Below are positions 36,783 through 43,778 of a DNA stretch of 64,000 bases, in pieces. The stretch is taken from the NCBI RefSeq assembly GCF_027000115.1, contig NZ_JALTON010000016.1, positions 2,118-66,117 on the forward strand, given 5' to 3'. The first letter of the stretch is position 1, and each line of letters starts with the position of its first letter. The DNA is from Thiohalobacter sp. (GTDB taxonomy: Bacteria; Pseudomonadota; Gammaproteobacteria; Thiohalobacterales; Thiohalobacteraceae). A model generated the notes under the pieces. It saw nothing but the letters and a program-made list of their open reading frames with translations. It did not search any database and was not told where the DNA came from. Position numbers and translations under genes: made by a program.

Positions 36783-37021
36783 AGGATGGGCAAAGACGCG
36801 CAGCGGCGTGCCCATCATGATGCGGCGTAAAGATGGGGATGGCCCTTGCAGGCCCTTTCCATCCCGTGAACTGCCGCGGATTCCGGCCCTGCAGTACGCG
36901 TAGGATGGGCAAAGGCGCGCAGCGGCATGCCCATCATGATGCGGCGTGGAGCGGGGGACGGGCTTTCAGCCCCTTGTCCATCCTGCGAACTGCCCCGGTA
37001 TTGCGGCATCCGGCCTACAGG
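36783..37021 (+). repeat. tandem duplication (2 copies, period about 119 bp) of a GGATGGGCAAAG-core repeat unit
   Basis: The copies start at 36783 and 36902. The first 45 nt or so are nearly identical (aggatgggcaaag[a/g]cgcgcagcggc[g/a]tgcccatcatgatgcggcgt); the rest has diverged but aligns. Lies in a 568-bp gap inside the EPS gene string. Confidence 0.75.
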
Positions 37022-37298
37022 ATTGGCCAGGCGGTCATGACGCAGCGCACCGCCGGGCTGCCGGATCAGGGGTTAACCCCCTATCCCGGCTAAAGTTTTT
37101 CACCCCCTTTCCCGATAGCCCGGAAAGGCGGGCACACCGGCGCTGGGCCGAAGTGCGCGGAAAGGGGTAAAGTAGGGGGCCGGCCGCGGGATACTTCTTC
37201 TCGCGGGACGAGACTTGCGGAGCGGCGCGCCCGCGTTGGGCGAGGGCCGCTCCGGCTGCGGACGCACGGCGTCGTCCTGTATTCACGAGGTTGCTGTT

Positions 37299-38096
37299 AT
37301 GGAACGCATCAAGGTTGCACTGGAAAAGGCACGGGAACAACGTGTCCAGGGAGGTGGCGAGGCCACCGAAAAACAGACGGGACGCTCGGCCCCGGCCGCC
37401 CGGCCCGCGGACATTCAGTACACCCGCACCCGGGTTGCCAAGGTTTCGCCTGCCGTGATGAAGAAGAACCGCATCGTCGCCACCGCCCAGGAAAGCGCCT
37501 TTGCCGACGCCTACAAGATCCTGCGTACCCAGGTGCTGCAGCGGCTGAAGGAAAACGACTGGAACGTGCTCGCCGTGACCAGCCCCGGCGAGGACGAGGG
37601 CAAGACGCTGACCGCCATCAACCTGGCCGTGAGCCTGGCGCTGGAGGTCAGCCATACAGTGCTGCTGGTGGATGCCAACCTGCGCCACCCGAGCATCCAC
37701 GAGCGCCTGGGCCTGGCGCCCGGCAAGGGGCTGTCCGACTACCTGCTCGACGATGCCGACCTGGCCGAACTGCTGCTGCACCCGGAAGGCCTGGACCACG
37801 TGGTGCTGCTGCCGGCCGGCCGTCCGGTGCACAACTCGGCCGAGCTGCTCAACTCGCCGAAGATGGTGCAACTGGTCGACGAGCTCAAGCACCGCTACCC
37901 CGAGCGCATCGTCATCTTCGATCTGCCGCCGGTGCTGTCGGCAGCCGACGCCCTGGCCTTCGCGCCCTACGTGGACGCCGCGCTGCTGGTGGTCGAGGAA
38001 GGCCGCACCCAGGCCGAGGCCGCGCAGCGCGCGGTGGAGCTGCTGGAGTGCACCAACGTGCTGGGCACCGTGCTCAACAAGGCCGGGCAGGCCTGA
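37299..38096 (+). CDS. exopolysaccharide-locus tyrosine autokinase-like P-loop ATPase (EpsG/BY-kinase catalytic-domain type)
   Basis: Start at MERIKVALEKA (37299). Walker A-like VTSPGEDEGKTLTAINLAVSLA, VLLVDANLRHPS, Walker B IVIFDLPPV. Confidence 0.8.
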   Translation: MERIKVALEKAREQRVQGGGEATEKQTGRSAPAARPADIQYTRTRVAKVSPAVMKKNRIVATAQESAFADAYKILRTQVLQRLKENDWNVLAVTSPGEDEGKTLTAINLAVSLALEVSHTVLLVDANLRHPSIHERLGLAPGKGLSDYLLDDADLAELLLHPEGLDHVVLLPAGRPVHNSAELLNSPKMVQLVDELKHRYPERIVIFDLPPVLSAADALAFAPYVDAALLVVEEGRTQAEAAQRAVELLECTNVLGTVLNKAGQA

Positions 38097-38118
38097 TCCG
38101 CCGGGAGGCGGCGGCATC

Positions 38119-39480
38119 ATGTACGAGGCCTTCTACGGATTCCGCGAGAAACCCTTCTCGCTGCTGCCCGACCCCTCTTTCCTGTATTTCAGCAAGAAGC
38201 ACCGCATGGCCTTCGCCATGCTCGAGTACGGACTGGAGAACCAGGCCGGCTTCACTGTCATCAGCGGCGGCATCGGCACCGGCAAGACCACCCTGATCCG
38301 CCACCTGCTCAACCAGATGCAGCACAACACCACGGTGGGACTTATCTCCAACACCCATCAGTCCTTCGGCGAACTGCTGCAGTGGATCCTGCTCGCCTTC
38401 AATCTCGAGCACAAGGGCATGAGCAAGGTGGAGATGTACCAGGCGTTCGTCGACTTCATGATCGGCGAATACGCCCGCGGCCGGCGCACCGTGCTGATCG
38501 TGGACGAGGCCCAGAACATGTCCGCCGAGACGCTGGAAGAGCTGCGCATGCTGTCCAACGTCAACGCCGACAAGGACCAGGTGCTGCAGGTGATCCTGGT
38601 GGGCCAGGAGGAGCTGCGCGACACCCTGCGCCGGCCCGATCTGGTGCAGTTCGCCCAGCGCATCGCCGTGGACTACCAGCTCACGCCGCTGACGGTCGAG
38701 GAGACCACCGAACTCATCCGACACCGGCTGGCCGTGGCCGGCGGCTCGCCCGAGCTGTTCACCGACGCAGCCTGCGCCGCGGTCCACCATTACAGTGGCG
38801 GCACGCCACGGCTGGTCAACCTGATCTGCGACACCACCCTGGTGTACGGCTTTGCCGACCAGCGCGAAACCATCGACGCCGATCTGGTGCACGAGGTGGC
38901 GCGCGAAAAACAGGCCGGTGGCCTGTTCCCCACCACCGCGCCGCCCCCCGCGGCCGGCGAGCCGGAACCGCCGGCCGCCGTGACCGAATCCGAATCGTCG
39001 GCGCGACCGCAACCGGATGCCGACACCATGCCGCGCGCGGGCGCGCTCAATCCCACGCCCGCCAACCGCGAGGAAACACCGGCCGAGACACCGGCGCTGA
39101 GACACCGGCTGCGCCTGGCCGTCATCGGCGAGTCACCCGTGCTGCGCCGCCACCTGCGGCGGCTGATCGAACCCTTCGGCATCGAGGTGGTGGCGGAGCT
39201 GCCGCTGGAGGCCGCCGGCCAGGGTGACATCGATCCCGCCCAACTGGACATGCTGCTGGTGGACATGGACGACCAGGCCCAGGCCAGCGCCGGCGCCCTG
39301 TGCGACCTGATCACCGAATGGAACCTGCCGGTGCTGTTCAACGACAGCCAGCTCACCCAGCAGAGCCTCGATGGCAACGCCCCCGCCTTCGGCAACAAGC
39401 TGGTCGCCAAGCTCGCCAGCCTGCTGCCCGACCACACCGCCGACCTGCGCGTGGTCTCCGGCAGCGGCGAACCGCGCTGA
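38119..39480 (+). CDS. ExeA/GspA-like AAA ATPase (PEP-CTERM-locus secretion ATPase type) with a C-terminal extension of about 150 aa
   Basis: Start at MYEAFYGFREKPFSLLPDP (38119). Walker A ISGGIGTGKTTL, Walker B VLIVDEAQNM. After a Pro/Ala linker comes a receiver-like segment, LRLAVIGESPVLRRHLRRLIEPFGIEVV...LLVDMDD. Confidence 0.8.
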   Translation: MYEAFYGFREKPFSLLPDPSFLYFSKKHRMAFAMLEYGLENQAGFTVISGGIGTGKTTLIRHLLNQMQHNTTVGLISNTHQSFGELLQWILLAFNLEHKGMSKVEMYQAFVDFMIGEYARGRRTVLIVDEAQNMSAETLEELRMLSNVNADKDQVLQVILVGQEELRDTLRRPDLVQFAQRIAVDYQLTPLTVEETTELIRHRLAVAGGSPELFTDAACAAVHHYSGGTPRLVNLICDTTLVYGFADQRETIDADLVHEVAREKQAGGLFPTTAPPPAAGEPEPPAAVTESESSARPQPDADTMPRAGALNPTPANREETPAETPALRHRLRLAVIGESPVLRRHLRRLIEPFGIEVVAELPLEAAGQGDIDPAQLDMLLVDMDDQAQASAGALCDLITEWNLPVLFNDSQLTQQSLDGNAPAFGNKLVAKLASLLPDHTADLRVVSGSGEPR

Positions 39481-39510
39481 CATCCTCGCGAAGAGCGCCG
39501 CGAAAGTCAC

Positions 39511-39681
39511 GGTCAAGAGCGCCACTGAATCCACGGGAAGGGTCATGCGCGATGGGCACGTCGCTGCGCGACTTTGCCCATCCTACTGAAGCATTTCTTG
39601 TAGGATGGGCAAAGCGAAGCGTGCCCATCAATGCATATTGTCCTTTCCGTGGATTCAGTGGATTCCGTGGCGCTCTTGACC
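39511..39681. mobile_element. MITE (about 170 bp): CACGGA-type terminal inverted repeats around a GTAGGATGGGCAAAG palindromic core
   Basis: Left arm ggtcaagagcgccactgaatccacgggaagg. Right arm cctttccgtggattcagtggattccgtggcgctcttgacc. Core: gatgggcacgtcgctgcgcgactttgcccatcctac-N13-gtaggatgggcaaagcgaagcgtgcccatc. Confidence 0.75.
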
Positions 39682-39682
39682 T

Positions 39683-40090
39683 TCAGCGCGACAACCGCGC
39701 CCGATACCAGCTCCGCATGAAGATCCAGGCGCCGTATGCAAACAGCACCCCGCCGAACAGGTCGGCAAGCATGTCATAGAAGTCCATCACCCGGGTCGGC
39801 ACGAAGCTCTGGTGATATTCGTCGGTCAGTCCGTACAGGCCGGCCAGCACGCCGGCGAGCAACGCCTGGCGGCGCTCCAGCCCCTGCTCGCCGGGCCGCA
39901 TGGCGGCCAGATAGAAGATGGCCAGGATGCCGAACGCGACGGCATGATAGAGCTTGTCCTCCCAGGGGAAATGCATGGGCATCCTGCCAGCCGGGAAGGA
40001 CGACCAGTAGAAGATCAGCCCCATCCAGGCCAGCGCCGCCAGCGCGGCCAGGCCACGCATCAGGTTCAGAAGCGGCAGGGGCAGATACAA
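39683..40090 (-). CDS. VanZ family membrane protein
   Basis: 135 aa with four TM segments. ...DKLYHAVAFGILA...LYGLTDEYHQSFVPTRVMDFYDMLADLFGG is the VanZ-like motif. Confidence 0.75.
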   Translation of the reverse strand: MYLPLPLLNLMRGLAALAALAWMGLIFYWSSFPAGRMPMHFPWEDKLYHAVAFGILAIFYLAAMRPGEQGLERRQALLAGVLAGLYGLTDEYHQSFVPTRVMDFYDMLADLFGGVLFAYGAWIFMRSWYRARLSR

Positions 40091-40100
40091 GGCGCGGGGC

Positions 40101-40910
40101 TCACAGGTACTCGGACCAGTTGCGCGAGTCGTCGCCGAACACCAGGAAATGCGGGTTGAGTAGCGAGTCCTTGGTGTTGTAGCGCAGGGTATTCATGTCG
40201 GTGTCGGTGAGCCGGCCGCCGGCCTCCTCCACCACGCACTGGGCGGCGGCGGTATCCCATTCCGAAGTCGGCCCGAGACGGGGATAGATATCCGCGCGGC
40301 CTTCCGCCACCAGGCAGATCTTGAGCGCACTGCCCATGCTGATGATCTCGTGCTCGCCGACCTTCTCCAGAAAGCGGTTGAGCGAATCGCCGCGATGGGA
40401 GCGGCTGCCGGCCACCACCAGCGGGCCGGGTTGCAGCTTGCGCACATGGATGGCCTCGGCCGGCGCGTCGCCGGTCTGGCGGAAGGCGCCGCCGCCGCGA
40501 CAGGCGTAGTAGGTCACGCCCAGCACCGGCACATGCACCACGCCCAGCACCGGCTCGCCGCGGTGGATGAGCGCGATGTTCACGGTGAACTCGCCATTGC
40601 GCTTGACGAACTCCCGCGTCCCGTCCAGCGGATCGACCAGCCAGTACCAGTCCCAGCGCGCGCGCTCCTCGTAGGGCACGCTGGCGGACTCCTCCGACAG
40701 CACCGGCACATCCGGCGTCAGCCGCGCAAGACCCCCGGTGATGGCCCGGTGCGCGGCCATGTCCGCCGCAGTCAGCGGGCTTTCGTCGTCCTTGTGCTCG
40801 ACATCGAAGTCGGTCTCGTAGATCTCCAGTATCCGGCAGCCGGCCTCGGCAGCCAGCGCGCGCACCTCGTCGAGCAGTGCGCAGGGGTCGATGCTGCTGT
40901 TATCGGTCAT
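40101..40910 (-). CDS. cysQ: 3'(2'),5'-bisphosphate nucleotidase (PAP phosphatase)
   Basis: 269 aa: DESPLTAADMAAH, WLVDPLDGTREF, WDTAAAQCVVEEAGG (IMPase-fold CysQ motifs). Confidence 0.88.
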   Translation of the reverse strand: MTDNSSIDPCALLDEVRALAAEAGCRILEIYETDFDVEHKDDESPLTAADMAAHRAITGGLARLTPDVPVLSEESASVPYEERARWDWYWLVDPLDGTREFVKRNGEFTVNIALIHRGEPVLGVVHVPVLGVTYYACRGGGAFRQTGDAPAEAIHVRKLQPGPLVVAGSRSHRGDSLNRFLEKVGEHEIISMGSALKICLVAEGRADIYPRLGPTSEWDTAAAQCVVEEAGGRLTDTDMNTLRYNTKDSLLNPHFLVFGDDSRNWSEYL

Positions 40911-41448
40911 GCCTCATCCTCTCCTGGGCCAGAAACAGCGCGACCATGCTGCGCGCCTCGGTGAAATCATCCCGCGCCAGCAACGCCGGCAGCTCGGCCA
41001 GCCGCCAGGGTACCACTTCCACGGGTTCGGGTTCGTCGCCCTCGGCCTCGGCCGGGAACAGGTCTCGCGCCAGCACGATGTGGGTCACGTGACCGAAATA
41101 GCCGGGCGCCACCGTCACCGTCATCAGCGCCTCCAGCCGCCCGGCGCCGAGGCCGATCTCCTCGCGCAGCTCGCGCTGGGCGGTGGCCAGCGGATCCTCG
41201 CCCGGCTCGATGCGTCCCTTGGGAAAACCCAGCTCGTAGCGCTCGGTGCCCGCGGCATACTCGCGTACCAGCAGCACCGTCTCCGCATCGCGCGCCGGCA
41301 CCACCAGCACCGCGCCGTCGGCCGAGCCGCGCAGCCGCTCGTACACCACCTCGGTACCATTGGCGAAGCGCAGGTCCAACTGCTCGATACGAAACAGGCG
41401 GCTGCGGGCAACGGTGCGGGTTCCGAGGATTTCCGGTGGTTTCGACAT
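40900..41448 (-). CDS. nudE: ADP compounds hydrolase, Nudix family
   Basis: 182 aa, collinear with my recollection of E. coli NudE (...TVARSRLF...VYERLR...REYAAGTERYELGFPKG...). Nudix box GRIEPGEDPLATAQRELREEIGL. Confidence 0.85.
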   Translation of the reverse strand: MSKPPEILGTRTVARSRLFRIEQLDLRFANGTEVVYERLRGSADGAVLVVPARDAETVLLVREYAAGTERYELGFPKGRIEPGEDPLATAQRELREEIGLGAGRLEALMTVTVAPGYFGHVTHIVLARDLFPAEAEGDEPEPVEVVPWRLAELPALLARDDFTEARSMVALFLAQERMRHDR

Positions 41449-41540
41449 GGGGGCATTGTAGCGGAGACGGGAGTGTAGCCGGAACCCGGGCGTCCGCTGG
41501 CGACCCCTCGCGGAAAGATGCTAACCTCACCCGGTAGCAC

Positions 41541-41603
41541 TACTTCCGACTTCTGTCTCCTGACCCCCGACTTTGTCTCCTGGCTCCTGCATTCCGACTC
41601 CCC
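41541..41603 (+). repeat. short-period pyrimidine-rich leader block (CCGACTTCTG / CTCCTGAC type)
   Basis: tacttccgacttctgtctcctgacccccgactttgtctcctggctcctgcattccgactcc lies directly upstream of the 41609 start. A related block lies at 53561-53620, upstream of hemL. Confidence 0.55.
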
Positions 41604-41608
41604 CACCC

Positions 41609-42286
41609 ATGCCCCCCTGGTCACACATCGATACCTTGCTGCTCGACATGGACGGCACCCTGCTGGACCTCCATTTCGACAACCACTTCTGGCGCGAGCA
41701 TGTGCCGCTGCGCTATGCCGAGCGCAACGACCTGGCGTTGGAAGCCGCCAAGGCCGAGCTGTTTCCGCGATTTCAGGCCGCGGAAGGCACCATGGCCTGG
41801 TATTGCGTGGACTACTGGAGCGAGGTGCTGGACATGGACATCGCCGAGCTCAAGCGCGAGGTCGATCATCTCATCGCGGTGCATCCCCATGTCACCGATT
41901 TCCTTGATCTCGCCCGCGCGCGCGGCAAGCGGGTGCTGCTGGTGACCAATGCCCACCAGAAGGCGCTCGATCTCAAGATGGAGAAGACCCGCCTCGGCGG
42001 CCACTTCGACCGCCTGATCTGCGCCCACGACTATGGCAAGCCGAAGGAAGACCCCTCCTTCTGGGACTGGCTGGCCGAACGCGAACCCTTCGACCGCGAA
42101 CGCACCCTGCTCATCGACGACAGCCTGCCGGTACTGCGCTCGGCGCGCGAATACGGCATCCGCCACCTGCTGGCCGTGCGCCGCCCGGACACCCGCGGAC
42201 CCGACAAGGACACCGAGGAGTTCGAGGCGGTCGAGGGATTCGACGCGCTGGTCCGGGGCCTGCAGGGATCGATCGGGAAGCCCTGA
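41609..42286 (+). CDS. HAD superfamily hydrolase (YrfG-like nucleotidase)
   Basis: Start at MPPWSHIDTLLLDMDGTLLD (41609). Has the DxDGT motif I, LVTNAH and LLIDDS. Sits in the cysQ-nudE neighbourhood, as in other Gammaproteobacteria. Confidence 0.8.
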   Translation: MPPWSHIDTLLLDMDGTLLDLHFDNHFWREHVPLRYAERNDLALEAAKAELFPRFQAAEGTMAWYCVDYWSEVLDMDIAELKREVDHLIAVHPHVTDFLDLARARGKRVLLVTNAHQKALDLKMEKTRLGGHFDRLICAHDYGKPKEDPSFWDWLAEREPFDRERTLLIDDSLPVLRSAREYGIRHLLAVRRPDTRGPDKDTEEFEAVEGFDALVRGLQGSIGKP

Positions 42287-42291
42287 TTTTT

Positions 42292-42659
42292 TCAAGAGCG
42301 CCACGGAAACCACCGAATCCACGGAAGGGATGAGGGTGTGTGGCGATGGATGTGTCGGGTCGCACGCGGTTCTGTCTGGCGTTCACCCTTGAACGCCGAG
42401 GCCGTGGAGACGCAGGGCGCACAGAGCATTTCCTGTTTGATCCATGACCGCCTCTGCGTGCTCTGCGCCTCGGTGTACTCCGTGTTACATGCCGGCCGTT
42501 CCCGTCTGTGTGACATGCCGGCTGCCCCTGTCGTGATGGGCACGTCGCTGCGCGCCTTTGCCCATCCTACCGGGACCTCCCTTGTAGGATGGGCAAAGCG
42601 AAGCGTGCCCATCGCACCTCATCCTTTTCCGTGGATTCGGTGGTTTCCGTGGCGCTCTT
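42292..42659. mobile_element. MITE (about 370 bp), same family as 39511, with an extra internal module
   Basis: Left arm tcaagagcgccacggaaaccaccgaatccacggaaggga. Right arm ccttttccgtggattcggtggtttccgtggcgctctt. Core palindrome at 42535-42613. The additional GAGGCCG..GCACAGAGC / GCGTGCTCTGCG module is also seen at 57320-57390. Confidence 0.75.
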
Positions 42660-42677
42660 TCTCTTGCCCCCGATCCC

Positions 42678-43073
42678 TCAGCGCTCGTCCCAGCGCCTGA
42701 AGCGCTTGCGGCAATAGGCCAGCAGCTCGTCGTAGTCACGGAAGAACAGCTCGAAGCCCTCCTCGGCCGGCGCATCGAACTCGCAGTAGTCGTTGCTGTA
42801 GTCGCGGCAGACCTGCGGCCGGGTAGCGTAGATCCGGCAGCGACCGTCATCTCCGAGCATGGTGCAGCGGTTGTTGATGAGCAGGAACCAGCCGTCGCTG
42901 TCCTTGTAGGCCTGGATGTTCTCGTGGGCGAGCTGCCAGAGCAGATGATCGAAGTCATCGCGCGAACGCGGCCCCGGGATCTTCTGGGTGATGTAGGTGC
43001 AGCACTTGGTGCCGGGGCAGAAACTGCACTTGGTCTCGGAGGTGAGTTTGGCGGGCAGGGGCTTGCGGGACAT
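42678..43073 (-). CDS. YkgJ family (UPF0153) cysteine-cluster protein
   Basis: 131 aa: CSFCPGTKCC ... DGRCRIYATRPQVCRDY. Confidence 0.8.
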   Translation of the reverse strand: MSRKPLPAKLTSETKCSFCPGTKCCTYITQKIPGPRSRDDFDHLLWQLAHENIQAYKDSDGWFLLINNRCTMLGDDGRCRIYATRPQVCRDYSNDYCEFDAPAEEGFELFFRDYDELLAYCRKRFRRWDER

Positions 43074-43129
43074 GTTCAGGATATCCGAAGGGTGGCCAAC
43101 CGAAAGAATAACGCCGCGAAGGCGCGCCG

Positions 43130-43774
43130 TCAGCTACCCAACCGGTAGATCAGGCGGATGGGCCTGCCGTGGCGTTCGATCTCGACGGCCAGCTGCCCGG
43201 CCTCGAGCTGGCGATAGAGCTGTCCGGCGTCCACCCGGTCATCAAGGGGAATGCCGTTGACACGCCGCACCAGATCGCCCGGCTGCAGGCCGATCTCCTT
43301 GCGCAGCGGCTCGGGGATGGCGTTGGCGTAATAGCCGTCGACCCTGCCATTCTGCTGATGGGGAATCACATCAATGGCTGCGACGATCTCCGGCAAACGC
43401 AGCGGATCTAGGCGAAAGGCAGAGCCCCCGTCCGTGCGCCCGGGCTGGGGCCCGGACAACCGTGCCCCGAATGACAGCCGGCGTGAGACACCCTGCTCGC
43501 TGACCAGCGCGTGATCCGCCGCCACCGTCTCCAGGCGCATGCCGGGCACCAGCCATTCACCCACCTTGCGCATGACCTGGCCACCGCCATCGGGGCGCTC
43601 GACAATGGCGTAGCCCTGCGCCTCGCCGAGAACGACCGTCCCCCGCAGCACCCACTCATCCATGCCCCACGCGCGGCTGTGCAGCGCCAGCAGCAGCCAC
43701 AACAGCAGCCCCGGCCACCACCTCGTTCCAGTGGTGGCCGGGGCGCTCGACAGGCCCTGTCGCATGGCCGGCAT
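43130..43774 (-). CDS. gspC: type II secretion system protein C (TM + HR domain + PDZ)
   Basis: 214 aa. N-terminal TM WWPGLLLWLLLAL, HR-like LRGTVVLGEAQGYAIVERPDGG...GEWLVPGMRLETVAADHALV, C-terminal PDZ GLQPGDLVRRVNGIPLDD. Confidence 0.7.
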   Translation of the reverse strand: MPAMRQGLSSAPATTGTRWWPGLLLWLLLALHSRAWGMDEWVLRGTVVLGEAQGYAIVERPDGGGQVMRKVGEWLVPGMRLETVAADHALVSEQGVSRRLSFGARLSGPQPGRTDGGSAFRLDPLRLPEIVAAIDVIPHQQNGRVDGYYANAIPEPLRKEIGLQPGDLVRRVNGIPLDDRVDAGQLYRQLEAGQLAVEIERHGRPIRLIYRLGS

Positions 43775-43778
43775 CGCC

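Noticed and set aside
36783-39681. Possible CRISPR array, suggested by the recurring GGATGGGCAAAG-type repeats.
   Set aside because: The repeats are not regularly spaced and occur in both orientations as inverted pairs. They are scattered over more than 25 kb between genes, there are no uniform spacers, and no cas genes are present. They behave as REP/MITE elements.
40101-40910. cysQ (PAP phosphatase) as a dedicated component of the sulfotransferase cluster.
   Set aside because: It is separated from the cluster by the EPS module and a MITE. It sits in the cysQ-nudE-HAD hydrolase arrangement that I recall as conserved housekeeping synteny in other Gammaproteobacteria. It is functionally relevant to any PAPS-using enzyme, but its placement is probably coincidental.
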